The translations under genes were made by a program, and so were the position numbers. A DNA stretch of 63,849 bases, filler included, from Welwitschia mirabilis (lineage: Eukaryota), in assembly GCA_051453625.1 (NCBI GenBank). It is 5 parts of one record of this genome, joined end to end, with 100 filler letters (N's around TTAATTAATTAA, not from the genome) between each part and the next. Parts side by side here need not be neighbours in the genome. Positions count along the whole stretch, not along the records: positions 21,992 to 46,764 come from JBOZIK010000001.1; 4 more parts are not named here. One strand, given 5' to 3'. A model generated the notes under the pieces. The model was not told the origin of the DNA. It worked only from the letters and a program-made list of their open reading frames with translations, and searched no databases. Every line of letters starts with the position of its first letter. Position 1 is the first letter of the stretch. Positions 26,704-38,391 of this stretch are shown here, one piece after another.

Positions 26704-27883
26704 TGTTAGATTATGTATTATCAATTAATATCAAACTAATATTTTTTGTGAAGCAAATTTTGTATATCTTATGCACAAAATATTAAACACTTACAGGTTA
26801 GATGCTAAATCAAGAAATGTTGCATATAGATCACTAAAACCTATCAAGTTTAATTACCCTCTTGAAGGGTCAACTAGACTTTCAAGGATTTAACCACACC
26901 TAGAGCATACTCTTAGAATTAAACTGAATTTAGAGGATTGACTAGAGTTTTGAGTGGTTGACCAGACCTAAGAACTTGAAAACCAGTACTCTTAAATAAA
27001 TTGTTAATGGATTGGCTAGATCTATGAGGGGTCAACTAGACCTGAGTAGTATAAATCTAATATCCCTGAACTGATCATCAAGGGGTCGAGCAGATACCTA
27101 AGGGATTAATTGAACTTGATGTAAAAAACTAGAATGAATTTTTATCAGGAAGAGAAAGCAATTGGATAATTATGTAGGAGACTAGATGAGGGGTTGACCA
27201 TACTTTAAGGGTTAACTAGACATGAAACTCTAAGAAACTGAGTCAATTAAAAACTTCACTAAGATAACCTATTTAAGTCATAGCACTAAGAGGGATTGAA
27301 TGGATTTTTGAGAGGTCGATTGACCAAAATGGAAATGAAATTTTATATTTATTATGTAACCATTATGTATCTATTTTGTAGCTATTTATAGCCATCAGAA
27401 GAATGTTTTTACTTATAATAAAACCTAAAAGCCTTTCATTATAAATAGCTAAGAGAGAAATTATTAGAAAATCATTTTGACTCTTTACTGAAAGACTAAA
27501 ACTTATGATTTTGATTGTAACATCTTAGCAGTATGTTCTTGATCAAGGATGAGTGATCATATATTATATCTTTGAATAAGAGATCAGATCTAGTACTTCA
27601 TTATTGTATCATCTACAAAAGAATAGCTCCATTACTATTATTTAAGCTAAAGAACAAGTGATATCTATGCACTAGGTTATCTTAACATTATTACCACACA
27701 TTGTGAAAGGTTAAGGCTTAGCCTGTAAAATTCTAGTGAAAGGTTGAGACTTAGCCTGCAAAAGTAGATTGAAAAGGTTGAAACTTAGCTTACAAACGTC
27801 TATTAAAAGGTTACTACTTAGCCTGCAAAATTCCATTAAGAGGTTGAGACTTAGCCTGTAAAAGTCTATTAAAAGATTAAGAC
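26704..27883 (+). repeat. SIRE 3' LTR, left part
   Basis: TGTTAGATTAT start shared with 46487; repeated GGGTCAACTAGAC-type motifs at 26866-27325; TATAAATAG at about 27440. Confidence 0.8.
27707..27883 (+). repeat. Tandem array of a 33-34-bp unit (AAAGGTTGAGACTTAGCCTGTAAAAGTCTATT-like); five units plus a split sixth completed at 42703-42730
   Basis: Directly visible head-to-tail repeats. Confidence 0.9.
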
Positions 27884-29800
27884 TATTGTGGTGTGAATTT
27901 ATGTAATCTAAAAATCCTTTAGATAAACCTATAAATTATGTAAATTGTATAAAACACACTCTATTATAGATGGGAATTCACCGAAATATCATAATCTAAT
28001 GAAGGCACTAGGATTAGAGTTAGAAAATTAAGTTTGCCAATGTATTTTGGTTCTTTTTGTCTTTATAAAACCTGAAAGAAAATAACATAAGTAAATGCAA
28101 TGTTTAAATAGAAATGGAATGCAAGTAAATGGAAATGGAAATAAAAATAGATCCCACTTAGATTCTAGTCTTTCTATCATAAAGACTACTTCTCTATAAC
28201 TTATATTAAGTAATAATAGTANNNNNNNNNNNNNNNNNNNNNNNNNNNNNNNNNNNNNNNNNNNNNNNNNNNNNNNNNNNNNNNNNNNNNNNNNNNNNNN
28301 NNNNNNNNNNNNNNNNNNNNNNNNNNNNNNNNNNNNNNNNNNNNNNNNNNNNNNNNNNNNNNNNNNNNNNNNNNNNNNNNNNNNNNNNNNNNNNNNNNNN
28401 NNNNNNNNNNNNNNNNNNNNNNNNNNNNNNNNNNNNNNNNNNNNNNNNNNNNNNNNNNNNNNNNNNNNNNNNNNNNNNNNNNNNNNNNNNNNNNNNNNNN
28501 NNNNNNNNNNNNNNNNNNNNNNNNNNNNNNNNNNNNNNNNNNNNNNNNNNNNNNNNNNNNNNNNNNNNNNNNNNNNNNNNNNNNNNNNNNNNNNNNNNNN
28601 NNNNNNNNNNNNNNNNNNNNNNNNNNNNNNNNNNNNNNNNNNNNNNNNNNNNNNNNNNNNNNNNNNNNNNNNNNNNNNNNNNNNNNNNNNNNNNNNNNNN
28701 NNNNNNNNNNNNNNNNNNNNNNNNNNNNNNNNNNNNNNNNNTACTTCTCTATAACTTATATTAAGTAATAAGAGTGTTTACTAAATCTTAATCAATATAA
28801 ACTATGAGATTTATTGAAGTAGAACATGAAAAGAAAGAAAAAAGTAATGAAAATTTATTCTACTAGTAAGGTTAACCTTAACAAAGATTGTCGTTATGAT
28901 CTAAATAAATCAAAGCTTGTCATAAACTAAGACAAACTTAAATCATAATAGAGATGCACAATAATAAAATGAAAGAGGAATTTGTATTAATCCAAATGAA
29001 ATCAGAATAAAATCCACTTACAAAATAGAATAGCAGCACCTCAATGAGAGGGACACAGCCTAACACCAAAGAGACTCCTTTCTACAGCACAGGATAGGCC
29101 TCTTATCCTTCAAGCTCCAATCACAAGTATTAAGTATAAAAGATGAGGTGAAAATGAAGGAGGCAAAGGGTATTTATAGATTTTCAATTATGGAATTTGG
29201 AGACAAACCCTAAAGTTGGAAAATAAAAATCCTAATGACCCACATGGGTCATTTGATCCCATTTACAATGAAATTTATTGCTGTAGTGTAAAGACAGTTG
29301 TTGTCCTATCTATTATCCACATGACATAGGGGACAATGCCGCCTTACCAGCTTAGGCAGTGTGCCATGTCTGTCATTAGCCCCATGGATTTCCTGTGCAT
29401 AGTTTCGATGTCATCATCCTATTTGTGGTTCATACTACACAAGGGATGAGGCCACTCTAACAGCTTGGGTAGTATACCATGTGTTGCTATCAGTGCTATA
29501 GGCTTTTGTCCATGTTAGCAATTTGGTTATCTTAGGTATCATGGATATGACTATGGGGACAATAATCTTCCTCTGCTCTTTTCTCCAAGGTAAATTAGTC
29601 TTTGCATTATATAGTATGTCTTCCAATTTTGTAGTATTAGAATAAGCCTAAGAAATTACCAAAGATGCTAGGTATCACATGTTTTACTAATTATCCTATC
29701 AAATCATTATAATCATCAGTATTTCATCAAAAATTATATGAATGTCTTGCAAAAATACTCCAATTACACCATTAAATTCCCATAAATTGGCATCACAACA
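27884..29800 (-). repeat. Athila 3' LTR (family A; contains a gap)
   Basis: TATTGTGGTGTGAATTT...AAATTGGCATCACAACA; TATA at 29168-29179; short PPT-like TAAGGGGATA on the minus strand at 29801-29810. Confidence 0.9.
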
Positions 29801-32119
29801 TATCCCCTTAATGAGCCTTGTTAGTTCCTGATAAAGTCATTGATTAATTAGATTATCAGACAATGTGTTTAAGATAAAAATAATGCCTATAAAATGTAAA
29901 TTGAGTTCATAGAAAATAATATTATCAATAGGTAATAAATACAAGTACTGAAAAATTTCTTAATCCCCCTACTTAAGCATGTCACTACAGAATGAACGCA
30001 ATACTCATATAGAAATAATAAAGTATAACTTGATGGATCATAAAACTGAAATCATGTATGCATAATATAGAACAACGATAATGGACTATCATGATAGCTT
30101 AAGAAGTTTCTATATCGCAAAATTCAGGTGATCAGAAAAACATGGCTATAGAAAAACATGTGCAAGTGCTGCTGGATCTTGCATGATGAAGAGCATGAAT
30201 GCTCTAAAAAAAAGTTATTTAAATTACATGAATAACTCATCCAAAACAACCCATCATAAAATTAAATTGTTAAATCTCAGAATTTAAAATTTATGCTAAT
30301 CATAATAGATTAATGCCCAAAAAGATGTCCTACTCTCTCCCCTNNNNNNNNNNNNNNNNNNNNNNNNNNNNNNNNNNNNNNNNNNNNNNNNNNNNNNNNN
30401 NNNNNNNNNNNNNNNNNNNNNNNNNNNNNNNNNNNNNNNNNNNCTATATCATAAAATTCAGGTAATCAGAAGAACATGGCTATAGAAAAACATGTGCAAG
30501 TGTTGCTGGATCTTGCATGATGAAGTGCATGAATGCTCTAAAAAAAAGTTATTCAAATTACATGAATAATTCATCCAAAACAACCCATCATAAAATTAAA
30601 TTTCTAAAGCTCAGAATTTAAAAATTTATGCTAATCATAATAGATTAATGTCCAAAAAGATGTCCTACCCCCTCCCCTGCNNNNNNNNNNNNNNNNNNNN
30701 NNNNNNNNNNNNNNNNNNNNNNNNNNNNNNNNNNNNNNNNNNNNNNNNNNNNNNNNNNNAGGACAACAAACTTCAAAATAGATGATTTGGAGAGGAAGGT
30801 GAAACCTAAAAAAGTTAGAAAACCAAGAAAAAAATGTAGGAATGCAATGGAAAGAAGAGAGTAACTTGAGAAATAAAACAAATAAAAATCTTGAAATGTG
30901 AATGCATGATGGATAAGTGGAAAATGATAGTAGAGGAAAATGAACTAAATGAAAAAATACTGCTTAAAGATACCTTAAATTTGCTTGAATGCATGAAAAA
31001 TAGGAACTCATTAGATTAAGAAAACATATCAGAAAGAAACAATAATCCTCTAGAAAACATAACAGGAAACCAAAAAATGATTAGGTCCATGNNNNNNNNN
31101 NNNNNNNNNNNNNNNNNNNNNNNNNNNNNNNNNNNNNNNNNNNNNNNNNNNNNNNNNAATAAAAATGAACAACTAAAAACATGAAGAAGATTTTTTTGTT
31201 ACCCTAAATGCTAACCTAACAAATTCCTATAGCAACAATCATAAATCACTTTATTAATGATGTATGACATAATGTATAAATTCATAAAGTTTACTCAATT
31301 GAGTAATGATTATGACAATGTCAAGTATGCTAATATTATCAAATAATGAATGATAAGAAAAAAAATTGTTAAAATACAAGGACTTTAAGCTACCATGTCA
31401 AAACAAACACTAAAATCTAGAAAGTAGATGATCATGTGGAAGTACTGGAAATAAATAAATAAAAAAATGCAAGTTATTTTTCTATGATGAGGGGAGTGCA
31501 ACCACTATCAAAGGAGTAAGGACTCGTACAACATGACCAACTGACCCCCTAGTGGAGTTTCCACAACTACCATATTACACTATCAAAGGCCCCTCTCGGG
31601 AATATTTTCCCTAGTGCACTTGCAGTAGGACATCATGATTACCACGTATGTAAAGATAAAACATGAAAGAGCATGATACTTTATTTTCTTTTTTTTCCTT
31701 ATTTTTTTTTTTGAGATGAGTATTATTCCATATGATCAAGTACTTGTAAGGATAAAAGTAAAGAATGAGATGATTAATAAAATAAGATTTTACAAAAATA
31801 ACTAATTACTTTAATCATTAAAAGACAACAAAAGAATCAAGGAATCGTCCTTCTAAATGAAGTTCATAGATGTATGAATGTTTAAAAATTGGGTTAAGAT
31901 AATTTTTATCATTGTAAATACCCAAGTAAAATATTACTCATCATGAAAACTTTATAAATAAATACAGATGTTAAGTTAAAGATGTTTAAATGATAGCATG
32001 ATGTTGATCGAAGGAATAAGTTAAGAAAGAATTTAGATAATGACAAAAGGAAGGTCCTTCTCTTGAAGAGGGGCTTCCAAAACAAGTGCTTCTATCATAT
32101 TCAAGGTTTCATTAGAAAA

Positions 32120-33400
32120 TGACTCATAAAGTTTTAACCTTTATTCATTAACTTTTGGATTTCTTTAGTGTTTAGATTAGAAATTTCAACTGAACCATTT
32201 GAGTGTACTTGTTTGATAAGATAAGGGCCTAACCATTTAGAATTTAACTTATTATGTAGAAGGTGTACTCAGGTGTTATACAACAAGACAAATTGACTAG
32301 GTTCAAACTATTTATGAATAATCTTTTTATCATGTTGAAACTTAGCTTAAGTCTTATGAATAAGTTGACAATGTAGGACATGAATACATTTTTCATCTAG
32401 GTGGTTGAGTGACCTAAACAAATTTTGAGATTTTCATTCAATTCAACAAGGTTCAGTTGATAGGTGGAACGATAAGAATTATAGCAAACACCAACTGGTA
32501 AAACACACACTTTATCGTACACAAGTTCATAAGGTGAAAAACCAAGAGAGTTATGCCAAGTGGTACAATAAGCCCAAAAAACATTATTAAGTTTAGAAGA
32601 CCAAGTCTTCTCATTGACTGAGACTCATTTTTGAAGCATTTGATTAATCTCTCTATTTGCATTTTTAGCTAGACCATTCGTTTAAGGATAATAAGCACAA
32701 GTAACTCTATGTTCAACACCAATGGATAGAATACGTTTTCGAAAGAGGTGGTTAATAAAATGGATACCTTAATCATTAATTATAATACATGGAAATCCAA
32801 ATCATTGAAAAATATGAGTTTGAATAAAGTTACAAATAGTTTAGGCATCAATTTTTATGGTAGGAGCAGCTTCAACCCACTTAGTAACATAATTCACAGG
32901 TACTAAAATATAATTTCTCTTATTGGAAGGTGGTAAAATTAGGTCCACAAAGTTAATTCCCCAATAATTAAAAGGTTTTCATTCAAGTATAGGTTTGAGG
33001 AGTATGTCATAGGAACAAGTGAGGCTACCATAATGTTGACAAGTATTACACTTCTAAGAAAAGTCAAATGAATCTTTCAAAAGAGTTGGCTAATAGAATC
33101 CAGAGTGAAGTATTTTCATGGTGGTTTTTTGGCCAACTAAAGTATCCCCCACAACCTCCACCATCATAAAGTATTAAAATTTCCAAACTTTCCCATTTAG
33201 GCATACATTTATGCATAATTTAATTTTTGCAATGTCTATAAAGATGTGGCTCATTCCACTCATAGTCACCGATCCTATGGAGAAATGTTTTTCATTGATT
33301 TTTGTTCTAATGTTATAAGGTTTTCATAGTCAGAAGAGAATTGATTATGTCAGCATGCCAAGGAGCAGGGTGAGAAGAAGAGATAGCATACATTTGTTTA
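32120..33400 (-). pseudogene. pol: Integrase remnant
   Basis: YWGINFVDL, VNYVTKWVEA, IIND*GIHF, the GPY/F module SKWLGPYLIKQVHSNGSVEI and KVNE*RLKLY; no chromodomain seen. Confidence 0.9.
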
Positions 33401-33459
33401 ATTTTGAAAAGTTATTCCTCAAAAAAGGAATCATCAATAGGAGTTTCGTCAGTAGAGCA

Positions 33460-33850
33460 AGTAAGTCGAGAAATATGGTCTACCATGCTATTATGTTTTC
33501 TACCTTATCAATGATGGTAATATTAAATTCTTGCATTAAAAGAATCCATCTAATAATTTTGGAACTAGAATCTTTCTTTATCATGAGATAACGGATGGCT
33601 GTGTGGTCTGTATAGACATTGATATGAAAACCAAGAAGATAGTATCAAAGATGGTCCAGACAAAACATGATAGCAAGCATTTCTCTCTTAGTGGTACTGT
33701 AGTTAATTTGGGCATTAGTCAAAGTTTCACTAAGGTAAGATATGACTTTGAATCCATTCTTATATTTTTAACATAGAAAACCCCCCCTACAGTAATGTTG
33801 CTTGCATCATATATAAGTTTAAAGTCTTTGTTCCAATCAGGACCCGTGAC
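33460..33850 (-). pseudogene. pol: RNase H remnant
   Basis: DASN, NYSTTKREMLAIMF, VYTDHTAIRYL and RWILLMQEFNITIIDKV. Confidence 0.9.
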
Positions 33851-34780
33851 AATAGGTTCAGAAGACATTTTATCCTTAATAGTTTTAAAAGCAAATTAGC
33901 ATGAATCTGACCACTCAAATTTGACATGTTTTTTAAGAAGAGAGTAAAGAGATTTACAATTTTTAGCATAGTCATGGATGAATCGGTGATAAAAACCCAA
34001 ATTTCCAAGGAAATATCTAACTTGTTTGACATGTGTTAGAGGGTTAAGATTTTTAATTATATCTACTTTTGTGGGGTCCATCCTAATCCCTTCCTTTGAA
34101 ATGTGATAACCCAAAACAATTCCATGTTGAACAAGGAAGAAACGCTTTTTCCAACTAAAGTTCAACCCACTTTCAATACATTTATCAAGGACTTTTTCTA
34201 GTTTTAGCACAGTTTATTCAAAAGTATCACCAAAGATGAAAAAATCATCCACAAAGATTTCTATAGAGTCTTCTATCATATCAGAAAATATTCCCATCAT
34301 GGTTCGTTGGAAAGTTCTAGGGGCATTGCAAAGTCCAAATGGCATTCATTTGAAAGCAAAGGTTCCAAATGAAGATGAATGTGGTTTTAGCTTGGTCTTT
34401 TCTTACTACACAAATTTGATTATAGCCACTATACCTGTCAAGAAAATAATAATAAGCATGAATTTGGATTCTACCAAGAACCTAATCAAGAAAAGGTAAA
34501 GGACAATGATCCTTTTTGGTGACCTCATTTAGTTTTTTAAAGTTAATGCACATTCTTTATTTTCCTCCTTTCTATGGTACTACTATTAAAGGACTAACCC
34601 ACTGACTATCTAACATGGCATAAATAATTCTAGCATCCATAAGTTTAATGATTTTATCTTTAAAAATTTGTTCAAGGGCTAGATTTAAGTCTTCTTTGGG
34701 ATTGCCTAACAGGTTTGGCATTGTCCTCAAGATACATTTTATGTTGAACTATAAAAAGAGGAATGGAATCAAAGTTTTTA
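33851..34780 (-). pseudogene. pol: Reverse transcriptase remnant
   Basis: SQWVSP, MPFGLCNAPRTFQR, IEIFVDDFFIFG, GIVLGYHISKEGIRMDPTKV and FLGNLGFYHRFIHDYA; frameshifted. Confidence 0.93.
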
Positions 34781-35099
34781 TGTATCCAAGTAAAAGCATT
34801 TTTCTTTGATTCTAAATGAGAGGTTAAATACAATTCTTGTTGAGGAGTTAGAAGGTCACTAATTATCAGAGGTTTTGTTTGATTTTTAGACAGGAATATT
34901 ATTTTAGACCTTTGGATAATTGCTTAAGTTCATGAGTGTTAAGTTAGACTATCATTCTATCTGTCATGGAGATGACAGGGAGGGGACAACATTCTTCGAA
35001 AAAGTTTTTCTATCAAATAAATATGTTGGATTTCTTCCTCATCCTTAACAATTTCATTCTCAGATTTGAAATAGTCTAATTTAATTGGATCATCATACA

Positions 35100-35640
35100 A
35101 AGTTGGCTCATGTAGCATAATCAGTCTTTCTTCTATGGGTCGATGTTATAGAAATAAATTTGATCTCGAATCATCTTCAATGTTGAAATTAGTCCCTATA
35201 TATTTTCTAGCAGCATCAAAAAACATAATGGTAATTTCTTTGTTATCAAAGTGGTATCTCATCATTCCAGGTTGAGTGTCAATGATATAATGAGTTGTAG
35301 CACAAAAAGCCCTTCCTAGGAGTAGTGGATATGCTCCATCATGCTCTATTTCAATTATAACAACATTAATGAGATAAAAATCTTTCTCAATTTAGATGAG
35401 TAGATCTTTAATGATTTCTAAAGATTTCTTAATTAAGGTTTTAGCTAGCTCTAAAATAATAGGTATAGGTTCAACTCTACTTTCTAACCCTAGTCTTTTG
35501 TGTATATGAAGAGGCATAGTATTCACACTTACACTTATGTAAATCAAAGCCTTTCTGATTCTTTTATTTTCCTCCAAGTTAATACTAATAGTTGCAGATT
35601 TAGGATCTTTAAATTTAGGATCTATTTCAATCACTAAGTT
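35100..35640 (-). pseudogene. pol: Aspartic protease remnant, copy 1
   Basis: PKFKDPKSATI...KALIYISVSVNTMP (decayed ALxDLGASVNxMP) and YPLLLGRLFCA. Confidence 0.88.
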
Positions 35641-37500
35641 GGAAAGAGATTAGACAAGAGAGACTTTACTTAGAATAACATGTTTTTTCTTTCTTCTCAC
35701 TAAGTCCTTCCATAACTTAGAATGTTTGGAGTTTTCTTGCAAAAGTTTCCAAAAGGGAAGGTTGATGTTAACTTATTGCATCAAGGCTTTTAGGGGTTCA
35801 GTAAATGTAGTAATTGTGTTTAATCTATTAAGATAAAGAGTGGATGGTTTATTTTACTTATCCTTTTTTAAATTATGTTTGGTGGAGGCTTTAGTAGATG
35901 ATGTGGAAGGAAGGTTATAATAATTTAGGATTTATACATCATCTTCCTCAATTGCTTTATTTTGTTTAAAAGTTGGAACCTCATGGGTAGGGGGTGTTGT
36001 ATCTTTTCCACTTCTTATTACAATATTTAAGTCTCTCCTAACTTCATTTAAGTTGGACATTGGTTGGAAAGCAAGAGACCCTTGTGGTTTTTGGTTAGCA
36101 AGCATTATTTATTAAAGCACATTTACTAGGTTTTCAATGTTGTTATTGGTTTTCTCTTGCATCTTTCTCATTTTCTTAATGGATTCTATAAGGGGATCAT
36201 TTAGATTTTGTTGAGAATTTGGTTTAAAGTTGGAATTTTTAAATCTATTCCTAATGGTTTCCATTGGGATTGTCCACTTGGTCTTTGTTGAAATGATGGT
36301 TGGTTCTTAAATGTAGAAGCTCTTTGGTTGAAAGCACAAACCTCCTCAAAAGTTTTTTTTCCTCACAAGTTAGTAATAAGGGACACTTTTTGTTAAATGA
36401 AAATCATCTTTATAAAGTTTATAATTAGAAGTTAAGGATTTATTCTTAACAAACTTTGTGTTAACTATCATTTGAGTATACTTCTCTAAGGTAGTAGTAA
36501 AATCTTTCATTAAGTTAATTAAATCCTCTGTTTCTTCTTCCTTATCATGTTTTACCTCTTTTAGGTCCTTTAAAATTTGTCCTACAGTATGGTTTTTCTT
36601 AATGGATTTAGGCCAAGTTTGACTAATTTCCACTAAATTCTCTATCACACTCCAAGCATCATCTAAACTTAAGTTCAATAAATTGCCTTCACAAGAAAGT
36701 CTCCATGTTATTTGGTTAAAGCATTTATTCTTCTATAAAAATAATCTACTAGTTCTTCCTTATGAAATTCATCAATAGGGTTGGAATGACTAGGAATTAT
36801 AAAACATTTATAAGTAATTGCATAATCTTCATGAGGTTACTGTTGGAAGTTGTTTATTTTGTTTCTTCTCTTTCTCATAGTACTTTCACTCAAAAATCTT
36901 TTAATGAAAACTTCTTGCACTTGACTCCATAATTAAAGAATTTTATGTGGGATGGTTTTGATTCAAATTTTTGCCCTCTCTCTAAGGGTAACTAGAAAAA
37001 CAATCATGTATGTATGATCACTAATATGTTTTATTTCCTTTTCTAGATGTAAGCATAAGTTGCTCTATGTTGGCTATATGTTGAAAAGGATCTTCTTCTA
37101 GTTCCCCCGAAAAGGTTAGGTACGCACTTAAATTTATTAACTCTACATCATCTGCAAGAGGTAAATTGAAAAGATTTTAAATTTTGTGTTTTTTATTAGC
37201 AATTAAATTCATAAGTATAACATTCACATTCAAAGAAGAAGCTCCTATTACAATTGAAGCATTATAAGAAGCTACTTGCTTTTGTTTTTGTGACGTTTTT
37301 CAAATATTTAACATTTTTAAAGAAATAATACAATCACCTTCTACACTATACTGTTCTTTTACAAAATCAGATTCTAAAATAATAAAAGTAGAAAAATGTT
37401 CTTTTTCAATTCTGGAAATTTGTATATTTAAGGTGTGCATACCTAGATTTAATTTGAAGTCAACTAATCCTTCTTTAATATTTTATTCAATTAGGTTTCA
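35641..37500 (-). pseudogene. gag: gag remnant, copy 1
   Basis: NAYLTFSGELEEDPFQHI-like motif, FLVTLRERAKI, DDAWSVIENLVEISQTW and INLPFWKL. Confidence 0.85.
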
Positions 37501-37987
37501 TTCTTTCTGATATTTTATCTTTTTATGAGTATTCACCATATCCCTACATGTTCAAATAACTAACAGAATGAAGAAATCAAAAATAGTAGATCGTCATTTG
37601 TCTGGTGATAGGAATGACAAGTAGGACGATGATCACAATAAATGAAAAATCCAAAATTATAGAAACTTAGAAAAAATAGTAGACTGTCATCTGAGTATGT
37701 CATGAGGATAACATAAAGGATGACAAGAGATTTATTTTACTGAAAAGAAAATGTGAGAATCCGGAAATACAAAAAAAAAAATTAGACTGTCTTCCTCTCA
37801 GGTCATCAGGTTAATAGGTAAGATGATAAGTAAATAAAAAGAAAATGCAGAAATTTAAGTTGCAGAAATAAACTTACTTTAACCTAAGCTAGAAAAAATA
37901 CAACACTAATTCAAAATAGATAACATAAATAGAAAGATTCAAGATACTTATTTGATTAGTGATAATCCTTTTAGCTCCTTATGACCT

Positions 37988-38005
37988 TCCCCAGTAATGG
38001 CACCA
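37988..38005 (-). promoter_or_regulatory. Asp-tRNA PBS
   Basis: TCCCCAGTAATGGCACCA, 14/18 identical to the tRNA-Asp 3' end, 3 nt from the LTR. Confidence 0.9.
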
Positions 38006-38008
38006 GAA

Positions 38009-38291
38009 TGTTATAGTGTTAATTTATGCAATCTAGAAATCCTTTAGATAAATCTATAAATCACATAAATTGTAGAAAACACACTCTAATATAGATGGAA
38101 GTTCATCCAAATATCATAATCTAATAAAGGCACTAGGCTTAGAGTTAGAGAATTGTTTTTTCCAATGTATTTTAGTTCTTTTTATCTTTATAAAAACTGA
38201 AAGAAAATAATACAATTAAATGTAATGCTTAAATAAAAATGGAATGCAAGTGAATGAAAATAGGAATACAAAATTAAATGGAAATATTAAT
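38009..38291 (-). repeat. Middle family-A LTR, cut by a gap
   Basis: TGTTATAGTGTTAATTT aligns to 27884-28150 and 41332-41600. Confidence 0.88.
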
Positions 38292-38391
38292 NNNNNNNNN
38301 NNNNNNNNNNNNNNNNNNNNNNNNNNNNNNNNNNNNNNNNNNNNNNNNNNNNNNNNNNNNNNNNNNNNNNNNNNNNNNNNNNNNNNNNNNN

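Noticed and set aside
27707..27883. CRISPR-like regularly spaced repeats
   Set aside because: Units are head-to-tail with homologous, not unique, intervening sequence; they lie in a plant retrotransposon LTR and there are no cas genes
33355..33591. Plus-strand ORFs over pol and gag (33355, 34236, 38861, 40653, 47676) as antisense genes
   Set aside because: Short shadow frames of the minus-strand retrotransposon coding sequence with no independent motifs
33851..34780. Endogenous pararetrovirus (Caulimoviridae) RT
   Set aside because: Integrase, LTRs and an Asp-tRNA PBS are present and there is no movement protein, so it is a Ty3/Gypsy element
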